NCBI GenBank assembly: GCA_043800555.1
Contig: JAZDMX010000021.1
Location: 29,905-93,904 of the forward strand
Reading direction: 5' to 3'
DNA: 64,000 nt
Origin: Candidatus Omnitrophota bacterium
GTDB taxonomy: Bacteria > Omnitrophota > Gorgyraeia > Gygaellales > Profunditerraquicolaceae
Shown here: in pieces, positions 29,111 through 38,309 of the stretch
Layout of the letters: each line of letters begins with the position of its first letter
Position numbering within the stretch: the first letter of the stretch is position 1
Translations under genes and position numbers: made by a program
The notes under the pieces: generated by a model
Database searches by the model: none
What the model saw: the letters and a program-made list of their open reading frames with translations, nothing else
Told to the model about the DNA's origin: nothing

Positions 29111-30379
29111 TTAGAATTTCATGTTCCAATCAAACTGGACCAGGGTCTCCGGTGCCCTTGCCCCAAACGTCCTCCAGGAACGGTATATATCCAGGCCCAA
29201 AAACGTATTCTTGGCTAAACCGAATTGCAGCTCCAACTCATGGCTCCTTATGCCGGTTTTACCGCTATAGCGGTCAGAATCAGGCAAAACATCGAGCACC
29301 GCATCCCTGCCGAGCATGGCATATATGTATTTAACCTGCCAATCCCCCCATTTCTCGATTTTATTCTTGCCTAATTTAAAACCGCAGGAAAAACCGCTTG
29401 AGCCGCTGGAAACCTCCAAGTTATTCACATATTCACCCATTAGCTTTAAAGACTCGACGTCCAATCCGATTGCCTTAAAAGGCTCCTTAATGCTAAACTC
29501 CAAGGCGGGATTAATCATCCGGTAATCATACGAATATGATGATGCCCCGGCCGTAGTATTGCCGGTATTACTTGCCCCGGAATATTTACTGCTGACATGG
29601 CCTTTTACGTTTTGAAAGGCCTGTAAAGATAAAGCGCCTTTTAGCGATAGGTTGTCATTGAATTTGTAACTTACCCCGGGTTGGGCAATATAGGCCATAG
29701 GGGCATCGTTATCCGAGCTAGTATCGGCGTCTACAATTAAGGCTCCCGCATTAAAGAAAATGTTCGCGTCTGGCCCTAAATCCTTATTGAATTTTATTAC
29801 AGCGCCTTCGGGGGTAATATCCGTATCCCAGATCAAATCAGTCGGCTCCCAAAGCGTATCGTCTAAATGCATCTTCCCGCCGACCAGGCCCAGCCAGGAA
29901 AATGGGTCATATTTAGCGTAAGCATAATCAAGGACAATAGTCTTTTTCTCATTATACCCGCCAAAGGTAATATTTGTGGAACGGGGATCTCCTGAGCCGG
30001 TAGCTATCCCGATTCCCGCCAAAAGCTTTTCGTTTATCTTTCCTTCCAAGCCCAGGCGCATGCGGATACGTCCGATATTCGTATCTTTTGCCAAATCATC
30101 CGTAGCTTTATCATGCTTATACTGGTACCTCAACCTGAAATCCCCCTTAAGCTTGATATTCTGCGCCCAAGCCGGCAAAGAAGCTGATTTTCCCGTAGCA
30201 ACTTCCTTCTTCACCTGTTCCTGCGTTTCAATCTTTACCTGTTGGGCTTCACCAGCCGTCAAAACCCCCTTATCCACTAATTTTTGCAGGAGCGTATCGA
30301 TTTCTCCCGCGTAAGAGCTGCCTATTAAGCATAAAACCGCGAACCCTGCCGCTACTACTACCGCTAAAAGCTTCTTCAT
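29111..30379 (-). CDS. Putative outer-membrane porin (Pho-associated)
   Basis: Signal peptide, LVDKGVLT segment, KLKGDFRLRY, beta-strand pattern, C-terminal Phe; start at ATG 30379. Confidence 0.85.
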   Translation of the reverse strand: MKKLLAVVVAAGFAVLCLIGSSYAGEIDTLLQKLVDKGVLTAGEAQQVKIETQEQVKKEVATGKSASLPAWAQNIKLKGDFRLRYQYKHDKATDDLAKDTNIGRIRMRLGLEGKINEKLLAGIGIATGSGDPRSTNITFGGYNEKKTIVLDYAYAKYDPFSWLGLVGGKMHLDDTLWEPTDLIWDTDITPEGAVIKFNKDLGPDANIFFNAGALIVDADTSSDNDAPMAYIAQPGVSYKFNDNLSLKGALSLQAFQNVKGHVSSKYSGASNTGNTTAGASSYSYDYRMINPALEFSIKEPFKAIGLDVESLKLMGEYVNNLEVSSGSSGFSCGFKLGKNKIEKWGDWQVKYIYAMLGRDAVLDVLPDSDRYSGKTGIRSHELELQFGLAKNTFLGLDIYRSWRTFGARAPETLVQFDWNMKF

Positions 30380-30432
30380 TTTCTTCCCTCCCTGCCTGCC
30401 GGTAAGCAAGCTTTAACTGTGTTTATTGATTA

Positions 30433-30636
30433 TTAATCATTACCCAAACATGATTTCCTGATATTACGCAAAGCCGTTTCTATCTGTTTTAAAGACTCAT
30501 CCGCATAGCCAAAACCAGCATCTTCATCCTCCTCTATGCTCTCCAGGACATTACGCAACTGCTGGATCTGAAAACGTAAGTGGCTGGCTAGAAAGTCGCG
30601 GCGGATCGATGAGATGGCCTGCATTTTGATTTTCAC
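30433..30636 (-). CDS. Small helical hypothetical protein
   Basis: 67-aa ORF with amphipathic helices, in the operon upstream of the porin. Confidence 0.6.
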   Translation of the reverse strand: MKIKMQAISSIRRDFLASHLRFQIQQLRNVLESIEEDEDAGFGYADESLKQIETALRNIRKSCLGND

Positions 30637-30761
30637 CCCCTTGATTTAAGCTGTGCCGGAAACGCGCGGATTAAACTTATCGGAAATCTTTTGTTCATTG
30701 CCCGTAACTTTTTAGAAGTTTTTTCCGGCAAACTAATTGTTGTTTTTAATATCCGCATCAT
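30633..30761 (-). CDS. Putative 42-aa peptide (ribbon-helix-helix-like N-terminus)
   Basis: MMRILKTTISLPEKTSKKLRAMNKRFPISLIRAFPAQLKSRG*; its stop overlaps the next GTG start (GTGA). Confidence 0.4.
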   Translation of the reverse strand: MMRILKTTISLPEKTSKKLRAMNKRFPISLIRAFPAQLKSRG

Positions 30762-30776
30762 TTTCACGCCGCCTTA

Positions 30777-30830
30777 ATCATACCTAACCGGCATTAAGCC
30801 CGCTTCAAATAAAAGTAAAATCCGGGTAAA
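30777..30830 (-). promoter_or_regulatory. Pho-box-type promoter 1
   Basis: TTTAC/TTTAC/TTGAA/TTAA at 11-bp period, then 11 nt, then TATGAT. Confidence 0.75.
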
Positions 30831-30832
30831 TA

Positions 30833-31240
30833 TTATTTTACCTTGACTACGAATTCCTTCTCCTGCATCGCCTTGAGCTCCCTTACGGCATCCAATAATA
30901 CCGCGACGCTAAAGGGTTTATCAAAATAGCAATCCGCGCCCATAATGTGCGCGTACAATTTATCCTGCGGGCTGTTTTTTGCGCTTACGACTATGACAAA
31001 GGTCCCGGACAAAGGGTTATCTTTGCTTTTTATCCGGCGGCAAATATCGAATCCGTCCAGGCCCGGAAGCATGATATCGACTACCGCTATGTTAAAATAT
31101 TCATTCTTTAATTTTTCGGCTGCCGCATAGCCGTCAAAAACCTGCTCGACCAAAAGGCCTTCCTTGCGTAAATTATACGCGATGAGGGCGCTGACATCTT
31201 TATCGTCTTCCACTATGATGACCTTAAACGGATTTCTCAT
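30833..31240 (-). CDS. Single-domain response regulator (receiver only)
   Basis: VEDD, DIMLPGLDG and KPFS motifs; no output domain. Confidence 0.92.
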   Translation of the reverse strand: MRNPFKVIIVEDDKDVSALIAYNLRKEGLLVEQVFDGYAAAEKLKNEYFNIAVVDIMLPGLDGFDICRRIKSKDNPLSGTFVIVVSAKNSPQDKLYAHIMGADCYFDKPFSVAVLLDAVRELKAMQEKEFVVKVK

Positions 31241-31243
31241 GCC

Positions 31244-31351
31244 TTAGGCGTATTGACGGTAAAAATAGTCCATTTCGGCTATTTCCTCGTCAATAATCTT
31301 TTTTAAAAAGCGGGTTATCTTCAGCCATGTCTTTCGTATTTTTCTTTTCAT
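31244..31351 (-). CDS. Putative 35-aa leaderless peptide
   Basis: MKRKIRKTWLKITRFLKKIIDEEIAEMDYFYRQYA*; ATG at the predicted TSS; stop 3 nt before the regulator start. Confidence 0.45.
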   Translation of the reverse strand: MKRKIRKTWLKITRFLKKIIDEEIAEMDYFYRQYA

Positions 31352-31357
31352 GGCCAA

Positions 31358-31411
31358 AGTATAAAACAAGCGGGTTAAATACGCTTCAAGGATAAGTAAA
31401 ATGCGGGTAAA
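31358..31411 (-). promoter_or_regulatory. Pho-box-type promoter 2
   Basis: TTTAC/TTTAC/TTGAA/TTAA at 11-bp period, then 11 nt, then TATACT; same geometry as promoter 1. Confidence 0.75.
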
Positions 31412-31432
31412 GTCTTTGGGGGGTTAAAAATG

Positions 31433-33190
31433 CTATTTAGGGAGGATAAAGAAAAATTTTGAACCCGAGCCTTCGCTGCTTTCCACTCCGACGCTGCCGC
31501 CGTGCAATTCCACGATATGCTTTACAATGGACAGGCCAAGGCCCGTCCCGCCAAGTTCGCGGGAACGCGCTTTGTCTACCCTATAGAACCGTTCAAAAAT
31601 ACGCGGGAGGTCTTTTTCGGGGATACCGATGCCGGAATCCTCTACCGTAATCCTGGCCTTTTTACCCTGCGCATCGGCATAAATCTTCACTGCGCTTTTT
31701 TCCCGGTTGAATTTTATGGCATTATCAATAAGATTGGTAAAAACCTGTTTTATCCTTTCTTTATCGGCTTTTACCAGGATCTCCGGGCCCAGCCCGTTTA
31801 TTATTTCAATTTTCTTCTTCTTAAGTTGCGAACCAAAACCCAAAATGACCTCTTCGGCCGCCTGGCGCAGGTTAACTTCGCTTATCTGAAGCGGCATATC
31901 TTTCGACTCTAAGCTCGATAAAGAAAGAAGGTCGTTAACCAGGCTATTGAGCCGGTCGGCGTGATTGCGGATTATTTCCAGGAAATTACGGTTATTTTCC
32001 TTATCATCCAAAGCCCCTTCCAGAAGCGTCTCTACAAAACCTTTTATAGAGGTAAGCGGGGTTTTTAGTTCATGTGACACATTAGCCACAAAATCGCGCC
32101 GGATAGTCTCAAGCCTCCTGATCTCGGTAATATCATGGACCACCACCAGGCATCCATCTACTGATTCATTCTCGAAGATTGGAACGGCGTTAACCTCGAA
32201 AATCTTGCGGCCCGGCAATACCAGGATAATTTCGGCGGATAAAGGCCTTGCTCCAATTAACACATTATTTATTATTCCGGAGATTTCGTTATTACGTATT
32301 GCTTCCAGGAAAGCTTTGCCTTGCGCGTCTTTATTCGGTATCCCGAAGATTGCTTCAATCGCAGGGTTAACGGAGACTATGCGCCCTGCCCTATCGACAA
32401 CAATAATACCCTCGATCATACTGTTAAAAATAGCCGCCAGTTCCTGGTTCTGTTGCCTGACCTCCCTGATTTTATCTTCCAGCCCTTGGGCCATTTTATT
32501 TAAAGTAACAGCGAGCTCCCCTATTTCATCTTTGGAATAATTGATGATCCTGTGCGTAAAATCACCCTCGGAGAACCTGCGCGAAACCTGGATTATCCTG
32601 TTAATCGGCCGGGTTATGCGTATGGTAAGGATATAGCCTAAGACAAAAGCAAAACCCAAGGCAAAAAGCAAGCCCATAAAGACTATCCTCCTGATGCCGG
32701 AAAGCATTCTCTCGACATTCTCCAGAGGAAGCGCCAGCCTCAAGACTCCGAGGAACCTGCCATCCTCATTTATAGGTAAAGCCACATAAAGCATGTTTAT
32801 CTTAAGGGTATTGGAAAAACGCGTATCAATGCCGATATTACCGCTTAATGCCCGGCCTACCTCCGGGCGGTTAAGATGGTTTTCCATTTTAAGGGCATCT
32901 TGAGGCGATTTTTCCGAATCAGCCAGCACCCTGCCATCCTTGTTAATAACGGTTATGCGGTTTTTTATTTTGGGGCTTAGGACTTTGACTAAAGCATCAA
33001 TAGGTAAAGCATCTGCCTTCTTTAAGCTTTCTAAGTTAATCTGATTTTCGATTAAATATGCTTCGGAAATAAGCGAGGATTGGATATTATGCAGGGAATT
33101 CTCTTCCAGGTTTTTGTCTAAAAAGAAAGCCGTAAAACCAAAGGAGATTAAAACCACCGAGACGTAGAAAAGGATAAGCTTAAGCTTCAT
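31433..33190 (-). CDS. phoR: Phosphate regulon sensor histidine kinase
   Basis: TM-periplasmic-TM-HAMP-PAS layout; FVANVSHELKTPLTSI and RFYRVDKARSR..GGTGLGL motifs. Confidence 0.93.
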   Translation of the reverse strand: MKLKLILFYVSVVLISFGFTAFFLDKNLEENSLHNIQSSLISEAYLIENQINLESLKKADALPIDALVKVLSPKIKNRITVINKDGRVLADSEKSPQDALKMENHLNRPEVGRALSGNIGIDTRFSNTLKINMLYVALPINEDGRFLGVLRLALPLENVERMLSGIRRIVFMGLLFALGFAFVLGYILTIRITRPINRIIQVSRRFSEGDFTHRIINYSKDEIGELAVTLNKMAQGLEDKIREVRQQNQELAAIFNSMIEGIIVVDRAGRIVSVNPAIEAIFGIPNKDAQGKAFLEAIRNNEISGIINNVLIGARPLSAEIILVLPGRKIFEVNAVPIFENESVDGCLVVVHDITEIRRLETIRRDFVANVSHELKTPLTSIKGFVETLLEGALDDKENNRNFLEIIRNHADRLNSLVNDLLSLSSLESKDMPLQISEVNLRQAAEEVILGFGSQLKKKKIEIINGLGPEILVKADKERIKQVFTNLIDNAIKFNREKSAVKIYADAQGKKARITVEDSGIGIPEKDLPRIFERFYRVDKARSRELGGTGLGLSIVKHIVELHGGSVGVESSEGSGSKFFFILPK

Positions 33191-33872
33191 ATTCAAATCT
33201 GTAGCCGTAATTCTTTACGGTTATTATCCGCTTGGCTTCGCTTTTTAATTTCTTGCGCAATGTCCTTATGTGCACGTCAACGGTGCGGGTTTGTATCTCG
33301 ACAGCATGGTCAAAGCCCCAGATATTATCCAAAAGGTAATCCCTGGAGAGGACCCTGCCTTTTACCCCGATCAAGGCCTTTAATAGCTCGAATTCTTTCG
33401 AGGTCAACTCAACGGGCTTATCTTTGACTTTAACGCTGATTTTAGAAAAATCCAGGGTTAAATCGCCTATTTTCAGCAATTCCGGCAGCTTATCCTTCTC
33501 TCTTATGCGCCGCAATACTGCCTTGACCCTGGCAATAAGCTCGCGGGGGCTAAAAGGCTTAGTTATGTAGTCATCCGCTCCTAACTCCAGCCCGACTATT
33601 TTATCTGACTCTTGAGCTTTAGCGGTAAGCATAATGACCGGGATCCCTAAAGTCTTTCTTTCAAGCTTAAGCTCCTTACAAACCTCCAGGCCATCAATCC
33701 CAGGGAGCATCAAATCTAAAATAACCAGATCGGGAATTTTTCTGGTGGCGATATCCACCGCATCCTCACCGTCATTAACGGATAAGACTTTGAACCCTTC
33801 TTTCTTGAGATTATACTCAAGCATCTTTACAATGTCGTTTTCGTCTTCAACGATTAAAACTGTTTCTTTCAC
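33180..33872 (-). CDS. phoB: PhoB/PhoP-type OmpR family response regulator
   Basis: Receiver plus wHTH (TRTVDVHIRTLRKKL); adjacent to phoR and pst. Confidence 0.9.
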   Translation of the reverse strand: MKETVLIVEDENDIVKMLEYNLKKEGFKVLSVNDGEDAVDIATRKIPDLVILDLMLPGIDGLEVCKELKLERKTLGIPVIMLTAKAQESDKIVGLELGADDYITKPFSPRELIARVKAVLRRIREKDKLPELLKIGDLTLDFSKISVKVKDKPVELTSKEFELLKALIGVKGRVLSRDYLLDNIWGFDHAVEIQTRTVDVHIRTLRKKLKSEAKRIITVKNYGYRFEYEA

Positions 33873-33949
33873 GCATACCCCCCCAGGTTATCCTATAAGC
33901 ATTTTAACAAAGAAACGGGCTTAAATAATAAGATTGTTAAATAGCAAAG

Positions 33950-34309
33950 CTATCTTCCGGAGCCGGCGGTAATTTCTTTCTTCAATTTACCGCTTATGCT
34001 GCAATAGGCTTCGACTGAAAGGGTATCGCCGTCTTTTACGTCCGGGATAAGCCAGCTTACGGTTTGGCTGGCGTAATTATCCTGGCGCGATATCCTTTGT
34101 TCGATTATTTCTTTTCCGTTTAAACCCGCGTCAACTTTATTAATATAATGGTTGGCCGGATTGGCAACATCATGCATTATGACGGCAGTTAACACTTTTG
34201 TCGCCGGATCAAAGGTAATCTTGATATCATGCGGAGGATGGGCATACGCTATCGAACTAAACGCGAAAAACAGAACAGCTAATGACAAAAATAACCGTTT
34301 CATTTTCAA
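33950..34309 (-). CDS. Exported protein with SOR/desulfoferrodoxin-like ligand pattern
   Basis: Signal peptide AYA|HPP; H..H..HY..AYCSISG pattern. Confidence 0.65.
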   Translation of the reverse strand: MKMKRLFLSLAVLFFAFSSIAYAHPPHDIKITFDPATKVLTAVIMHDVANPANHYINKVDAGLNGKEIIEQRISRQDNYASQTVSWLIPDVKDGDTLSVEAYCSISGKLKKEITAGSGR

Positions 34310-34375
34310 CCCCTTTCTTTATAAGGACGGCCTATTCGATTATGGGCGTAAGCATAGAAACGCCCCTTACGGCTA

Positions 34376-35110
34376 TCACGAAATCCTGTTTAATAGGGGA
34401 ACCGCCATATTTAAAACCAGCAGGCTCAATAATTCAACGTCAAAACCGGCCCCCAGGTTAGTCAAAACAAAGATTAGCCCGGACACAAGAGCGCCGAATA
34501 AAAATTTAGCCTTTTGCTTGACGGGCGTAGTCTTTGGTTCAATTACCATGACAAAAATATAGAATAAACTCAAATACCCGGATATGCCCCAAAATGGTAT
34601 TTTCTGAATCACTGCCTGCAGTCCGAACAAAACCAGGAAAACAATCCCATAACCAACAAGTATTTCGATTCTCCTGAATTTATAAGCAAAATATAACCCG
34701 AAAGGAACCAGAATATACCAAAGATAGGTTCCCTTCCATTGGGTAGAAGCATTAAAAATAATCAATATTACGAATATACCGAAAGCGGCAGGGTTAAAAA
34801 TATGTTTCTTTTGGAAACGGATCAAATACTTTGACGAAATTGCCAATACCGAAGATAATGCAATTTGCCACCAGGCCTGGTCGCTAGAAAGCACAAAACC
34901 CAAGATCAAACCCGTAATAACGGAGCTTTCGGTAAATTCGAGAACCTTATCCCTAAAATACAGGATTACTGATTCGGCGCACAGGCTTGAAATAACCGCG
35001 ATAGCCATAGCCATAAGGAATAAGGCATCCTTATCCCTAAAAGAAAGAAATAGCGCAAAACATGCTAAACAGAGGATTAACTGGAATTTTACGGACTTAA
35101 GGGCCAGCAT
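34376..35110 (-). CDS. RnfD/NqrB-like membrane protein (short, stand-alone)
   Basis: SSVITGLIL, KHIFNPAAFG and MVIEPKTTP motifs. Confidence 0.8.
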   Translation of the reverse strand: MLALKSVKFQLILCLACFALFLSFRDKDALFLMAMAIAVISSLCAESVILYFRDKVLEFTESSVITGLILGFVLSSDQAWWQIALSSVLAISSKYLIRFQKKHIFNPAAFGIFVILIIFNASTQWKGTYLWYILVPFGLYFAYKFRRIEILVGYGIVFLVLFGLQAVIQKIPFWGISGYLSLFYIFVMVIEPKTTPVKQKAKFLFGALVSGLIFVLTNLGAGFDVELLSLLVLNMAVPLLNRIS

Positions 35111-35149
35111 TAGAGACTATTTACCTGAGGCAAAAGGCGCATTTTATCC

Positions 35150-35677
35150 TCATTCTCCATTATTCTCCCTTTTATATAGCCCGGTTAATTCGGCTTTTGC
35201 CAATATGTGGGCATCCATTGCCTTCTCAAGCTCCGGTTTCCTAAAACCTTCGCTTAGGTTAAGCATAACATCAAGGGCATATAATTTAAAGAAATACCTG
35301 TGGATCCCGGAAAATGGGCACGGCCCTGCGTAACTCTTTTTGCCAAAATCGTTTGTACCTTGCTCACCGGGCACGCTGTTTTCTTCAATACGGCCGATTG
35401 GAGCAATGTTGCAAACAACCCAATGGACCCACATTCCCCCCGGCGCGTCCGGATCATCTGCTATAAGCGCTAAACTCTCAGTCCCGGGAGGAACCCCCTC
35501 AATAACAAACGCCGGGTTAATATCCTTGCCTTCGCAGCTAAACTTAACGGGGATGAAACCATTATTCTCAAATGCCGGGCTTTTCAATTGCAGAGGGTTT
35601 TCTCCTTTTGGCTCTGCCGGACCGGCAACAGCAAAAAGAATAACCCAGGGCAACATCAATAAAACGGTTTTCTTCAT
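35150..35677 (-). CDS. YbhB/YbcL (PEBP, Raf kinase inhibitor-like) protein
   Basis: DDPDAP..WVHW and YAGPCP..HRYFFKLYALD motifs. Confidence 0.95.
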   Translation of the reverse strand: MKKTVLLMLPWVILFAVAGPAEPKGENPLQLKSPAFENNGFIPVKFSCEGKDINPAFVIEGVPPGTESLALIADDPDAPGGMWVHWVVCNIAPIGRIEENSVPGEQGTNDFGKKSYAGPCPFSGIHRYFFKLYALDVMLNLSEGFRKPELEKAMDAHILAKAELTGLYKRENNGE

Positions 35678-35709
35678 TCCGCTTGGGGTTTAGGCAAACC
35701 CCTTATATA

Positions 35710-36105
35710 TCAGGCCAACGCCAATTCCCGGCTAGCCTGCCATAAGCCGTGAATATTGCAATAGCTGGATGCAAAAATCATCCCAGGCTTATCCGTTTTA
35801 AACGTAACCGCCATTTCCGGATGAGCGTAAACAGCGCTCGTATCCGGGCCGTTGATTGAGGCCCCGTGCGCCGAAAACTCTGCTTTAGCGACTTGATACG
35901 GGTATTTGTCTCCCTGCGGCTGGAAGAAAACGCTAATCCAGCTTATGAAATGCTCGGTCTTATTGGGATGCGGGATACCTTTACCTACTCCCACCGTAAC
36001 TTTAAAGAATTCTCCTTTGTTAACTTTATCCGGGGCTTCAATTACCGGAATATGTTTTTCCGACTTCCAATCAGCGCTTTGCAACAAATCTCCCAAGCCA
36101 GCCAT
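35710..36105 (-). CDS. Superoxide reductase (neelaredoxin, class II SOR)
   Basis: EKHIP, HPNKTEH and YCNIHGLW motifs. Confidence 0.93.
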   Translation of the reverse strand: MAGLGDLLQSADWKSEKHIPVIEAPDKVNKGEFFKVTVGVGKGIPHPNKTEHFISWISVFFQPQGDKYPYQVAKAEFSAHGASINGPDTSAVYAHPEMAVTFKTDKPGMIFASSYCNIHGLWQASRELALA

Positions 36106-36128
36106 ATTATTTCTCCTTTCGTTTTAAT

Positions 36129-36569
36129 CTATTTTGAAAGCTTCCTATCGATCGAAAATGAACCTGCGCCCTTAATCATCAAAACTACGGATATGGCAAT
36201 AACCAAAAGGTGGTATTCGATACCTTCGCCTTTTTGCGCTCCGAACCAGTTCATAAAAAAACCAAAACGCCAATGGACCAGGCATATAGCCACAGCCATA
36301 ACAACCGCAATCCCTAAAGCTGCCAAACGGGTGAAAAATCCAATGATTAAGGCAATCGACCCGATAAATTCGGCAGCGATAGCCAGAAGGGCAAAAATCA
36401 AAGGTATATGCATTTTATCCGTAAACACCGCTAAAGTAGCGTTTAACCCGTATCCACCAAACCACCCTAACGCCTTCTGGGCCCCGTGAGGAAAGAAGAC
36501 TCCGCCTAATATTAAGCGGAGCATCAAGGCCGGAATATCTTCATCTGTTTTGAGTATTTCCTTAAACAT
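36129..36569 (-). CDS. DoxX family membrane protein
   Basis: HGAQK..GWFGG and GEGIEYHLL motifs; start at ATG 36569. Confidence 0.93.
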   Translation of the reverse strand: MFKEILKTDEDIPALMLRLILGGVFFPHGAQKALGWFGGYGLNATLAVFTDKMHIPLIFALLAIAAEFIGSIALIIGFFTRLAALGIAVVMAVAICLVHWRFGFFMNWFGAQKGEGIEYHLLVIAISVVLMIKGAGSFSIDRKLSK

Positions 36570-36706
36570 CTGCCGTCCTTTCTTATATTTGCAAATTTTC
36601 AACTTTAGGATATAATTATACTGCAAAGAAACAAAATTTCACACCAATATTTATTATCTTTCTATTTAAAAAAGCGCGATAATTTATAAACAAAAAAAGG
36701 AGCAAT

Positions 36707-37198
36707 ATGAAAAAAACGGTCATTTGTTTTGCCCTTATTTCCGGATTCGCCTTAATTGCCTATGGCGGGCAAATAAGCAGGATTGAACTAAACGACGGCA
36801 GCGTAATCGAGGGCGAGGTTGTTTCCCTCGACAATGGGGCCTATATTTTAAATAGCGGCAGTTTAGGAAAAATCAGGGTTGAGGCAACAAGAGTAAAAAG
36901 AATTGAGGCAAAAACTCAAAATCCGGACCCCGCGGGCAATCTACCGCCGGCAATGGACCAGGACTTAATTAAATCGGAGATCAACCAAACCCGGAAACAA
37001 ATAGTTGATAACCCCGAGATTATGCGGATAGTAAACGAACTGGCCAATGACCCGGATTTCCAGGAAGCGATGAAAGACCCGGGAATAGTCAAAGCAGCCA
37101 AATCTCAGGACGTTAAGGCGCTTATATCCAATGAAAAGTTTATGAATCTAATCAAAAACGCCAAAATCAAAGAAATCGAGAATAAACTACAGAATTAA
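36707..37198 (+). CDS. Exported hypothetical protein (beta N-domain, STI1-like DP-rich C-domain)
   Basis: AGGAG RBS, signal peptide, IELNDGSVIEGEV and ELANDPDFQEAMKDP. Confidence 0.75.
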   Translation: MKKTVICFALISGFALIAYGGQISRIELNDGSVIEGEVVSLDNGAYILNSGSLGKIRVEATRVKRIEAKTQNPDPAGNLPPAMDQDLIKSEINQTRKQIVDNPEIMRIVNELANDPDFQEAMKDPGIVKAAKSQDVKALISNEKFMNLIKNAKIKEIENKLQN

Positions 37199-37209
37199 GA
37201 ACCGGCAAC

Positions 37210-37866
37210 TTACGCTAGCTTCATGCCGTAAACATAAAGCGGGACGTCCCTGTGCAATACCGGCCTGAAATACGACCTCTTGGACGTATATAACAATTTA
37301 AATCCTTTCTTCCGGAAGAACCCGGCTCCGGCTTCGGACATCGTAGCTAAATGCACCCCCTTGACCCCTTCCTGCCTAAGGTAATCAAGGTACCTGCTAA
37401 GCAGCCGCGAGCCTATACTCAAACCCCGAAAAACTTTGTTTACGTTAACATGTAAAATAGCCGGGTACTCCCCGGAAAAATCCGGGGCGATTAACCTGCC
37501 ACCTGCTGCGTCCCATAAGCAGCTAAGGATAAAAATTATATTCTTCTTACTCAAAAAAATCCCGCTTTTTATCGCTTTGTAGAACAATCGGGGAACGATT
37601 CTTTTATTAAAAACACTTTCCAAGACAACTGTATTTTTGGCTCCGATCAAACAACCTATTACTTTTGAATTGACTACCGCGACGAAACAAGACTGCGGCT
37701 CATAATCCGTAAAGTACAGAGTCAACGCGTCGCTAAAAACTTCCCTGCCTTCGAAGAATAATGACGCCGGCTCTCCGAGAAGCGCGGTATCATGGATAAT
37801 CTGCCTGACATCCTGCGTATCCCCGGGTTCAAATTTCCTTATCTTTACGTCGAGATCTTCCGGCAT
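37210..37866 (-). CDS. GNAT family N-acetyltransferase
   Basis: YPAILHVNV...RGLSIGSRL...GVHL...FFRKKGF. Confidence 0.9.
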   Translation of the reverse strand: MPEDLDVKIRKFEPGDTQDVRQIIHDTALLGEPASLFFEGREVFSDALTLYFTDYEPQSCFVAVVNSKVIGCLIGAKNTVVLESVFNKRIVPRLFYKAIKSGIFLSKKNIIFILSCLWDAAGGRLIAPDFSGEYPAILHVNVNKVFRGLSIGSRLLSRYLDYLRQEGVKGVHLATMSEAGAGFFRKKGFKLLYTSKRSYFRPVLHRDVPLYVYGMKLA

Positions 37867-38302
37867 GCCTTTTTCTTTCTTTTATGCCCTTTACCGCGAA
37901 AAACACGATAAAGTAAACTATCAAGGAACAAATGACCCCCAAAATAATACTGCCCAAAAACAGAGGCTCATAATGGCTGGCGATATTCTTAAACGAGATA
38001 TTCTTGAAATCCGACCACTGTAACGGCCCGAATCTTCCCCATAAGATAAGCCTGCCGATTTCATAGCCCGCCCAAGTTATAAATGGGACCGTAGGAGGCA
38101 AAGAAATATTTGTCCCTAATAATATGGCGAATTTATTAGCCGGCCGCACGATGACCGCGGCGATAATAACAAGCGCCGTATGCAAGCCGTAAACCGGCAA
38201 AACGCCTATAAATGAGCCGATAGCCACGCCCAAAGCTATTCCATGAGGCGTGCTATTACCCAAAAGAAGCCTGAAAAATATTCTCTTAATCCTGAATTTC
38301 AA
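37829..38302 (-). CDS. DUF2062 domain membrane protein
   Basis: TPHGIALGVAIGSFIGVLPVYGLHT motif. Confidence 0.85.
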   Translation of the reverse strand: MKFRIKRIFFRLLLGNSTPHGIALGVAIGSFIGVLPVYGLHTALVIIAAVIVRPANKFAILLGTNISLPPTVPFITWAGYEIGRLILWGRFGPLQWSDFKNISFKNIASHYEPLFLGSIILGVICSLIVYFIVFFAVKGIKERKRHAGRSRRKDKEI

Positions 38303-38309
38303 TTTCGGG

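Noticed and set aside
5340-30410. CCTGCCTGCCG at 5340 and 30391 as a second REP family
   Set aside because: Only two short degenerate copies with poor palindromy; not supportable from this window alone
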